Positions 56,216-64,000 of a stretch of DNA of 64,000 bases are shown here, one piece after another. The stretch covers positions 15,503 through 79,502 of the IMG/VR virus record IMGVR_UViG_3300025118_000005. The stretch is one strand, 5' to 3'. The position numbers and the translations under genes are program-made. The stretch is from a virus. The notes beneath the pieces were generated by a model. It did no database searches. It was not told the origin of the DNA and was given only the letters and a program-made list of their open reading frames with translations. The first letter of the stretch is position 1; the number at the start of each line of letters is the position of its first letter.

Positions 56216-59200
56216 ATGGCGCGTGGAACGGTACAACCATTCAGAAGAAACTCGGCACTCTATAGAGTTTACGACGATCTTATTTTGTGGTTAAAGTTTG
56301 AAAATAACTTTGACGATTCTTCATTTTATTATCAGCAAGTAACTGGGCATAACCCCGATCTTATTTCTCCTTCCGTAAGGAATATTGAGCTTCCTCCATT
56401 TGATAAAGTTAACTACTATGAGGGGAATTTTTCCGCAGGGTTTAATTTAGATACCGTTCAACGCGAGCCAGAGTATGAAGTAATTACTCCTAAAAAATTT
56501 GATAAGTCAGCTAAAGACCCTATTGACGGTTGGATTAAATCTAAGACTTATAAATATACCGCTATTCGTGACGGTAAGCATACATTTCGTTGGGAAGCGA
56601 CTATATCAGAAGGAAGTTATTATATAGCTCAAAGAATTTTAAAAAATAGTATAGAACTAGAGGTAGTGGGGACGAATGGCGGGACCATAATTAAAGCAGG
56701 CAACCCCAAAAGGTACGATAAGAGGGGAAACTATTGTAGCAGTAGTTGGCCAGAGAATCATTGCCCTAGGGATTATAAAGTAAAGAAATTAAATTTAAAA
56801 AAAGGAGACGTCGTTGAAATTCAATGGGGCGCAGGTTGTTGCTGCGGATCATGTATTTCGCCTGAAGAATATCATGTAACATTTATACCTATTTGGAACA
56901 CCTCTCAGATCATAAGCGTAAATCAATTTAGGGTCAAACCTCCGACTTCCACTTTAAACAAAATTCCATGGGAAGGGTCAAAATATCAACAAGATCAATC
57001 TCTATGCTGCGGCGAATCTACCTTCTTGGATTCGTCGTCAGAAGCTCATTCGATAACGCCTATAGGCGACGTCACTCATTCGAATAGTAAATCAAAATTT
57101 GGTAGCTCTTCTATTTATTTCGACGGAAATGGAGATTGGCTGAGTATCCCTGACAAAAGCTGGGACTTCGGAGAAGAAAATTTTACTGTTGAATGTTTTT
57201 TTTATGTAGAAACATTGGCAAATAATTTTACCCCGGCCCCGGGCTCGGTAGGACTTATTTCTTCAATGGGGGATGCAGCGAGCACAGCTGATAATGGCTG
57301 GGTTCTGGGATATAATGAAGACGGTACGATTTTCTTTAATGTTTTTGTAAACGAAACTACAACTGTAATTTCTCTCAATAAGAGCAACGCTATACAAGAA
57401 GGACAATGGCATCATATCGCTGCTCAAAGAGCGAGTATGAATGACGCGTGGGGTGATAGGCCGTGGAGCACTGCGACGCTATGGCTTGATGGACAACAGG
57501 TGGATAGTGACACGATTTGGTGCGAAAAAATCCCATATTCGGAGTGCGATACCATAATCGGCGGAGATATTAGCTATGGTCATAGCCTTGCCATAGGAAG
57601 ATTCTATACTGATTGGAATTCTTATTATCACAAAGGATATATAGACGAAATTAGAATAAGTCAAGGTCCGGCGAAGTCGAGCATGGGCGCGTCGAATGCC
57701 TATCGTTATGATGAGGATTATAATAGTGGTCCGCCGGCCGGAGCGCTTACGGTTGATTCAGATACATCTTTACTTATTCATTCTGACTTTTCCTGCGACA
57801 ATACGCCTTCCAGTGAATCATGTTCAAACTGTGGAAACCCTTCTTCGTACATTACCAATGAGTGTATGAAGAACATTTATACTGAAGGCGGAGTTAAGTA
57901 TTATGGTGAACCAAATAAGGAAGACAAAATACATCTTGGCGGAGAAGCCGTATTAGTTAGTGGAACTGGCGTATTTACAACTGATCCCCAAATAGATTCT
58001 GCGGCAGAATTTGATTTAGCTGGAGATTTTTGTTTTGAATTTTGGGCTAAATTTAATGAGGTACCTAGTGGAACAACCGAAGATCCCGGGGCAACGCTTT
58101 TTGACTTTGGTGATCTTAAGTTTACTAATACTAGCGGTTTCTTTACTATCCATACTCCCGAAGATGAAGTGATAGATTATTACGAAAAAGATTTTGCTTT
58201 TCCTACAGATAGTACCCTCCCGAGCATGACGAATACTTTTACGCATTATGCTGTTCAGAGAAGAGCGGATAATTTGGAACTTTGGATGGGGCACCATGAT
58301 CCGAAAAATAATAATAATACATTTATGATAAGGGTCGCTGAAGAAAACGTGTATGGGAAAATTACAGGACTTCAGCCTACGGGAACATGGAAAAACGCAA
58401 GGAGCATAGGGGCTACAATCAGTGGAACAAATTTCTTTTCGGGATGGATGGACGATTTTAAAGTATGGAAAACTTGGATATATGGACCCGAGCCGGTTAT
58501 CCCCGGAGGCCCGGAAGCAAGGGGAATCTATATTACTCCAAATCCTCGTAGGACCATACTTCGGAATCAACGAAATTTAAGTACGAGCTTATCAAAGCTA
58601 ACTTCTAACCCCATCGTCGCTCATAATTATGCAGTTATATGTAAAGCGCACGAGGTAATGCTGTGGTGCACCGTCAGAAGCGTATACGACCCAAGATGGA
58701 GCGTACATCGGCCGTTGCCTTATGAAATACTCTGGTATAAAGACGGACACTACTTGGGATCGAGTGCAAAAAGTAAGTTCAGCGCAAGGTTTCCCAACGC
58801 TAATCAACACTTTACTATCGGTAAATATGGAGCGGGAGAGCTACTCATTCGTAATTTTCAATCATGGTCTGCTGGAACTTATACCGCGGTAATTAAAATC
58901 GGTCCTCCGGGCCGACCGAAATACATATTTAGTAACCCGCAAATTGTTCCGGCAAGATTATTTTATAGAAATTGTTTTCCCACTTCTTGCTTCGGAGAAG
59001 GAACCAGAGTTTTATTATACGAAAACTCTCATAAAAAAATAGAAGAGCTAATAGAAGGTAAAGACACGGTATTAGGACTAAGCCATACTGAATCAGGAGA
59101 TTTTATTAATAAGAACAAGGTTCAAAAAGTCCATAAAAGAAAAGCAAAAAGATATTATAAGGTCACTTATGAAGTTCCCATGCATAAAGTGGTACTTGCA

Positions 59201-61585
59201 GAAAAAACACTTAAAGTTACAGAAGAGCATCCTTTTTATATAGGCGATGGAAAATATGCTCCGATAAAAGATTTAAATGTAGGGGACATTTTGTGGCTAC
59301 ATATATGGAGCAGGACTAATTATGACCAACCGTATCAAAGTACATTATACCTTACTCGAATTAAAAAGAAAGAGCTTATTGAAGAAGAGTTAACGGTATA
59401 TAATTTAACGGTTGATGGTTCAAATAATTATTTCGCTGGGAATGTCGCAGTCCATAATAAATCTCCAAGACCCCCACCAAGATACCCCCGGTTAAGGCTG
59501 GGATATTCACTATCCCCATCAAGTTATATATATTGGAATAGATGCCCATCCATTGTACAGTTAGGTCAAACCGTTAAATTTCATACTGAATTTTGGTATG
59601 CGAGCCCGTCCTACCCAATCGATTGGAGATGGATAAACCCCGGTAGAGGAAACGAAGTGAGTACTCCGGATAAATCTACTTTAGAATTTACGAATATAAG
59701 AAAAAGTATAAAAAGTCCGATTGCAATCGAGGCTGAGGATGCTAATGGGACCATATGGACCGCTGGGCCATGTTCGATTAAGGTAAAATTACCAGATTTA
59801 CTTTGTCCGGAAATTACGTCTGCTGATCCGAATCGATCAACAAGAGATTTGTCCATAACTTATCCTTTTCGAAGAGTTTCTTCTCGATGGTACTCTGGCA
59901 TCGCAGGCTACGGTTACCCCTGTGGTAGATGGTGGATGCAAATGACCATAATACCCGATCAAACAAGCATTACTCTACCATTTTCCGTCGACGCCGTGGA
60001 CCCCATGCCTGCAGAAATGAACACTGGAGGACTAAAATATGAATGGAGATTAGTTGGATATCAATACGAAGAATATTATTATTCGCATTATGAGCAAAGG
60101 ACAGGAACCTATGTCGATACGGGCTGGTCGACGGGAACAAAAAATAAATCTTTTTACATTTTAGAATACTTTTCAGGTACGGCTTATTGTCGGGTATCTT
60201 ATAATAATTATCCTATAAATACCAGAGTCCAAGACCCAGAGGGACGATATCATTATGGACCATTTTCTCAAATGGAATTTTCTATAAATTTTCCAGAATG
60301 TGAAGAGCCTTATGCTCAAGCGACAGAGTCCGGAGGATCATATTATAGTGGTTATTATGGTGGCTATTCTAATGATCATCGTTATATTAATACGTCTAGG
60401 GCTGCGGATGGGACAGAAATAGAGACCAGCGTAAAAAATTTAAGCCTTAATTCTTGCCAAGAAATGACATTTAATATCTCTTGTTACCTAGATAAAGCTA
60501 AATGCCTCCGGAGTCGTTATACAAGTGGAAAAGGATATACTAACGATATAGAAATTACGACCGGTTCGAATTTTGATAGTAAAACCACCACTTTAGATCC
60601 CGGAGAATATATGTGGAACGAATTAGACATGATTACCTTTAAAAAGAAATTTTATATGGATGATAACGGAACGTTTTTAGAGGTTAAATTAAAAAACGAA
60701 TGTGGAGAGAGGATATTAAGATGGAACTTCAAAGTCGTAGGCGCGTATAAAATTTACATATATCCAAATAATTGGAGTCTTAGATATAATTACTCGTGGC
60801 ATCGTTGGTATTCTGGTGATTCAAATTCTACGTATATTAATTTTTATTATCAAGAACGAATAGTTAAAAACTGGTATACGGGATCAGTAGAAAAATATAA
60901 GAGATATATACCCGACAACAACGTTAATTTAAATTATAGAATTTATAATTACTATTATACTTATTGGAATAGGTGGACACCCTATAACCCTTTATCTTCC
61001 TGTAGATATTATAGAGTTTCAGTGAATGGAAACGTTGTAGGCGCCGGTTGGCAGTCTTTAGATCGGCCCATTTATTATTATTATTATCCCGGAGGGGGTT
61101 CTTCTGGATGGTGCTCTAATGGTATTTGTTATTCTTATGATTGGGCTGGTCCGCCAACGTTATCGTTAACTCCGAGTTCTAATTATTGGCAGTCATACAT
61201 AAATATTTTAGTAAATCGAACTGAAGGGGTATGGCCACAAAAAAAGAATGTTGTTCTTCTGGAGCTCGTAAATAACGTCCCTAACGCTAGTAATATCAGC
61301 GGGGGGCAAATCACCAGCCACACTATTTATGTAAATTTTGAAACGCTGCCGACAATTCAAAGCTGGACCTTATATCCACGATGGGGATGGTGGTATTGCG
61401 GTTATTATTATTGGGGGTACTATCGTAGGTATAGAAGAGCTTATTGGTGGTACTATCCGTATTGTTATTGGTGGGGTTGGGGCCGCTTTGGAGGAGCCGG
61501 CGGATGGAAAAAAGTAACTAACTCCTATGTTGTGCCTCAAAGGCAACGGCTCACGTTTCGTGATGGGGGAGGTAGCTTACGATGA
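56216..61585 (+). CDS. 1789-aa virion protein: LamG domains, Ig-like segments, Hint domain, Tyr/Trp-rich C-terminus
   Basis: KFGSSSIYFDGNGDWL; WYKDG...GTYT; CF..GT...HPF...VYNLTV....NYFA...VHN. Confidence 0.85.
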   Translation: MARGTVQPFRRNSALYRVYDDLILWLKFENNFDDSSFYYQQVTGHNPDLISPSVRNIELPPFDKVNYYEGNFSAGFNLDTVQREPEYEVITPKKFDKSAKDPIDGWIKSKTYKYTAIRDGKHTFRWEATISEGSYYIAQRILKNSIELEVVGTNGGTIIKAGNPKRYDKRGNYCSSSWPENHCPRDYKVKKLNLKKGDVVEIQWGAGCCCGSCISPEEYHVTFIPIWNTSQIISVNQFRVKPPTSTLNKIPWEGSKYQQDQSLCCGESTFLDSSSEAHSITPIGDVTHSNSKSKFGSSSIYFDGNGDWLSIPDKSWDFGEENFTVECFFYVETLANNFTPAPGSVGLISSMGDAASTADNGWVLGYNEDGTIFFNVFVNETTTVISLNKSNAIQEGQWHHIAAQRASMNDAWGDRPWSTATLWLDGQQVDSDTIWCEKIPYSECDTIIGGDISYGHSLAIGRFYTDWNSYYHKGYIDEIRISQGPAKSSMGASNAYRYDEDYNSGPPAGALTVDSDTSLLIHSDFSCDNTPSSESCSNCGNPSSYITNECMKNIYTEGGVKYYGEPNKEDKIHLGGEAVLVSGTGVFTTDPQIDSAAEFDLAGDFCFEFWAKFNEVPSGTTEDPGATLFDFGDLKFTNTSGFFTIHTPEDEVIDYYEKDFAFPTDSTLPSMTNTFTHYAVQRRADNLELWMGHHDPKNNNNTFMIRVAEENVYGKITGLQPTGTWKNARSIGATISGTNFFSGWMDDFKVWKTWIYGPEPVIPGGPEARGIYITPNPRRTILRNQRNLSTSLSKLTSNPIVAHNYAVICKAHEVMLWCTVRSVYDPRWSVHRPLPYEILWYKDGHYLGSSAKSKFSARFPNANQHFTIGKYGAGELLIRNFQSWSAGTYTAVIKIGPPGRPKYIFSNPQIVPARLFYRNCFPTSCFGEGTRVLLYENSHKKIEELIEGKDTVLGLSHTESGDFINKNKVQKVHKRKAKRYYKVTYEVPMHKVVLAEKTLKVTEEHPFYIGDGKYAPIKDLNVGDILWLHIWSRTNYDQPYQSTLYLTRIKKKELIEEELTVYNLTVDGSNNYFAGNVAVHNKSPRPPPRYPRLRLGYSLSPSSYIYWNRCPSIVQLGQTVKFHTEFWYASPSYPIDWRWINPGRGNEVSTPDKSTLEFTNIRKSIKSPIAIEAEDANGTIWTAGPCSIKVKLPDLLCPEITSADPNRSTRDLSITYPFRRVSSRWYSGIAGYGYPCGRWWMQMTIIPDQTSITLPFSVDAVDPMPAEMNTGGLKYEWRLVGYQYEEYYYSHYEQRTGTYVDTGWSTGTKNKSFYILEYFSGTAYCRVSYNNYPINTRVQDPEGRYHYGPFSQMEFSINFPECEEPYAQATESGGSYYSGYYGGYSNDHRYINTSRAADGTEIETSVKNLSLNSCQEMTFNISCYLDKAKCLRSRYTSGKGYTNDIEITTGSNFDSKTTTLDPGEYMWNELDMITFKKKFYMDDNGTFLEVKLKNECGERILRWNFKVVGAYKIYIYPNNWSLRYNYSWHRWYSGDSNSTYINFYYQERIVKNWYTGSVEKYKRYIPDNNVNLNYRIYNYYYTYWNRWTPYNPLSSCRYYRVSVNGNVVGAGWQSLDRPIYYYYYPGGGSSGWCSNGICYSYDWAGPPTLSLTPSSNYWQSYINILVNRTEGVWPQKKNVVLLELVNNVPNASNISGGQITSHTIYVNFETLPTIQSWTLYPRWGWWYCGYYYWGYYRRYRRAYWWYYPYCYWWGWGRFGGAGGWKKVTNSYVVPQRQRLTFRDGGGSLR
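58988..59458 (+). other. Hint (intein-like) autoprocessing domain, 157 aa, no endonuclease
   Basis: Block A CFGEGT, block B VTEEHPF, block F VYNLTV, block G VHN followed by Lys. Confidence 0.9.
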
Positions 61586-64000
61586 GTCAGGCAAAGAATA
61601 TATATACGCTTACCAGTCAAGGGGGCGTTGCTCCTTATTTTTGGGAGGTGACGATTGCTAACACGGATGGAGAAGGTAATATTACGCCATATACTACTCC
61701 ATTTTTACCAAAAGGCGTGTTTGTATCGGGCGATCCGAGTGAAGTAAAACCGTCGCGGCCAATAAATATTGTAGATCATCTTAGGGGTGGATGTGCAGAC
61801 TGCTGGTACTCAGAAGGTGACGGACCCAGTATATATATTGACCAAAATGCTTCCCCGGGTGAATATTATTTTAAAGCGGTTCTTATTGATTCAAACGGGC
61901 TAAGAACAGATAATCCCGTAACCGAAGAAGAGGGCGCGGGAATAATAGGGCCGATAACTGTCTATGGAGATAGCTTTAGTTTGTTAAAAAATAATACTTC
62001 TAGTTTATTTGTTCAATTTGACGACATTGAACTATGTGAAGGAGGGTGCGATACGGATAATAAATATTTAAAATATGATCCTGACTTTCTTCATATTAAT
62101 GAGCGTTACGAATTATCCAGAGACGAAGCGAATACAAACGAAAATAAAATTACATGGATATATACTGGGATTACTTATGAATATGGTTCAATGACCGCTA
62201 TGCTCGGCGGGCATACGCCTCCTAATGTATATTCATTCTTGTCAGATGCGGATGGAAATATTGTTAATGATATAAATGACGGGGTCACTGGACATGGAGT
62301 AAGGAATCCAATTTATTTTCAAAGAGATTTTACGGACACAGAGGGAAAAGAAGATTGTAAGTGTGGGGGAACAGGAAAAGCAGGATATGCTTATATACAA
62401 GCTACGCTAGCAAGAGATGGTTGTTCTAAAGCTGGAGTAGATGAAGATACGGGGCTTCCAGTAACTCTTTTGGGTGATGAATTTATATTAAGTTATCATG
62501 GAAGTGGAAATTATGATTGGGGAAATATATATCATTTATCAGGATGTTTTGGTGATCCATATAACGAATTAAATACCAAGGGTCCGTACGTAAGCGATAA
62601 TACTATGTGCCTTGTGACAGGAACCGTCGGAAAACAGCCTTGGCAAAAAGAACAAGTGCTAGGGATAAATGGAACATGTGGTATAGAATATGATTCTTGT
62701 AATGCTGTTGATATCGATGTCACAAAAACCCCCACTCCTTACGCAACGTGTCTTGTTACTTCTACTTCGACACCGACCTTCACCCCAAGTGCGTCTCCAA
62801 CTGTAAGCCCTACAGAACCTTCTACGCCTACGCCGAGCGTCGGTCCTACTGCCGAGCCTCTTATTTCCGGCGCTTTATTTACGATGGTTGGTTGTAAGCC
62901 CGGAGGTTATTCGACGGGACCGAATTTAAACTTAGACTTAACGTCAGAATTCTTTTCTGTATTACTTGATCCTACTTTGGCTACTAGGGATTATAGGGAT
63001 ATTACCAACGGAGAGCCAGTTTTAAGAATCAACGATAAATGTTATGAAGGAGCTTTTCATGCGGTTGATCGATCTCAGGATGTTTTTGTTGTTGAAACTG
63101 ATTCTCTAGGAATCCCCCAATATAAAAATACCCCACTTAACGTAGGATGGGTTGGAAGAAAATCAAGATCGTTAGACCCATATTTAGAACCACCTCACTC
63201 TTCGTGGTGGGATGCTTTAACAGATTTTACTATATATGATTCGTTAACCGAAATAGATCCTAATTGGAAAGCGTTTGAGACTTGTGAAGAATGTGAACAA
63301 ACTGGAACTCCCTCACCGACTTTAGAATTTACAGAGACTCCATTAGCTACTGCTACCGATAGCCCGACAGCTACCGTTAGCCCCACGAGTCCTGTAACTG
63401 CTAGTCCCAGCCCAACGGCTGGGGCTAGCTCTACCCCTTCTCCTAGTCCACAGCCTACAATTAGTCCAGAGCCCACGCGAGGACCGAGAATACATCCTAC
63501 TGTTAGCCCGCTCGTCTCTGATGAGCCGACTCAGACGCCTGATACTACGAGAACTCCCTCGGAGACTCCGAGCTCTACGGAGACTCCGACGCCTCCTGCT
63601 ACGTCGACTAAAACACCCACTCCTACAGAGACGCCTTCGCCTCCGGCTACGGCAACAGCTACGCCGACACAATCTGAACCATATAGAAGGCCACCGAGAA
63701 CGATTATACCGACCGAGGAGCCAGTGGAAACGCCTACCTCGACAGTGTCTTCAACAAAGACTCCGACGCCTACAGAGACGCCGACAGAGACACACACACC
63801 GACAGAGACCCCAACTAAAACGCCTTCGCCTACGGCAACTCATACTCCTACAGAGACGCTATCCGCACCGGCAACGGAAACACCAACCGCTTCACCCACG
63901 GGAGGACCGAGAATACATCCTACTGTTAGCCCGCTCGTCTCTGATGAGCCGACTCAGACGCCTGATACTACGAGAACTCCCTCGGAGACTCCGAGCTCTA
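61582..64000 (+). CDS. Large protein with mucin-like Thr/Pro/Ser repeats, truncated by window end (not in ORF track)
   Basis: ATGA overlap with upstream stop; MSQAKNIYTL...; no stop seen in the frame; TPTPTETP repeats. Confidence 0.85.
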   Translation, partial: MSQAKNIYTLTSQGGVAPYFWEVTIANTDGEGNITPYTTPFLPKGVFVSGDPSEVKPSRPINIVDHLRGGCADCWYSEGDGPSIYIDQNASPGEYYFKAVLIDSNGLRTDNPVTEEEGAGIIGPITVYGDSFSLLKNNTSSLFVQFDDIELCEGGCDTDNKYLKYDPDFLHINERYELSRDEANTNENKITWIYTGITYEYGSMTAMLGGHTPPNVYSFLSDADGNIVNDINDGVTGHGVRNPIYFQRDFTDTEGKEDCKCGGTGKAGYAYIQATLARDGCSKAGVDEDTGLPVTLLGDEFILSYHGSGNYDWGNIYHLSGCFGDPYNELNTKGPYVSDNTMCLVTGTVGKQPWQKEQVLGINGTCGIEYDSCNAVDIDVTKTPTPYATCLVTSTSTPTFTPSASPTVSPTEPSTPTPSVGPTAEPLISGALFTMVGCKPGGYSTGPNLNLDLTSEFFSVLLDPTLATRDYRDITNGEPVLRINDKCYEGAFHAVDRSQDVFVVETDSLGIPQYKNTPLNVGWVGRKSRSLDPYLEPPHSSWWDALTDFTIYDSLTEIDPNWKAFETCEECEQTGTPSPTLEFTETPLATATDSPTATVSPTSPVTASPSPTAGASSTPSPSPQPTISPEPTRGPRIHPTVSPLVSDEPTQTPDTTRTPSETPSSTETPTPPATSTKTPTPTETPSPPATATATPTQSEPYRRPPRTIIPTEEPVETPTSTVSSTKTPTPTETPTETHTPTETPTKTPSPTATHTPTETLSAPATETPTASPTGGPRIHPTVSPLVSDEPTQTPDTTRTPSETPSS
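63481..64000 (+). repeat. Exact in-frame direct repeat, period 423 nt
   Basis: 63481-63577 identical to 63904-64000 (GPRIHPTVSPLVSDEPTQTPDTTRTPSETPSS). Confidence 0.9.

Noticed and set aside
58988-59458. Mobile homing intein
   Set aside because: No endonuclease domain and no +1 nucleophile.
60760-61585. Diversity-generating retroelement variable region
   Set aside because: No template repeat or reverse transcriptase in the window; many TGG codons do not fit AAY-derived variation.
62532-63797. Minus-strand ORFs rich in V/G or R/S
   Set aside because: Antisense shadows of the Thr/Pro-rich plus-strand gene; the same applies to most short antisense ORFs in the track.
1-64000. Stop-codon reassignment
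   Set aside because: Conserved genes are full length in the standard code and all three stops are used.

Overview
A 64-kb segment of a large tailed dsDNA bacteriophage (standard genetic code; host not identifiable from the sequence). Four blocks: (1) 1-10.9 kb, an early/host-takeover region of small, mostly leaderless ORFs under about 17 near-consensus sigma70 promoters, interleaved with repeated DNA motifs (DnaA boxes at a fixed distance from the -35, Fur-box-like TGAGA-N5-TCTCA palindromes, a GGGACCGGTCCC palindrome) and two transcribed clusters of structured non-coding RNA; (2) 11-23 kb, a glycan cluster (RmlA/RmlB/RmlD-like, NeuB/NeuA, glycosyl-, methyl-, pyruvyl- and sulfotransferases) plus PhoH and ClpP; (3) 23-41 kb, sigma-factor-like gene, ERCC4 nuclease, terminase, portal, protease/scaffold and capsid genes, many preceded by a GTGTA motif; (4) 41-64 kb, fibre/collagen/LamG virion proteins, a Hint-domain giant protein and a mucin-like protein cut by the window edge. 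The most striking element is at 44491-44800: a free-standing group I ribozyme with its own promoter whose P1 and 5' strand of P2 lie downstream of the catalytic core, i.e. an apparent natural permuted intron-exon arrangement predicted to make a ~52-nt RNA circle. All calls were made by eye from motifs and manual base-pairing; no searches or folding programs were run.
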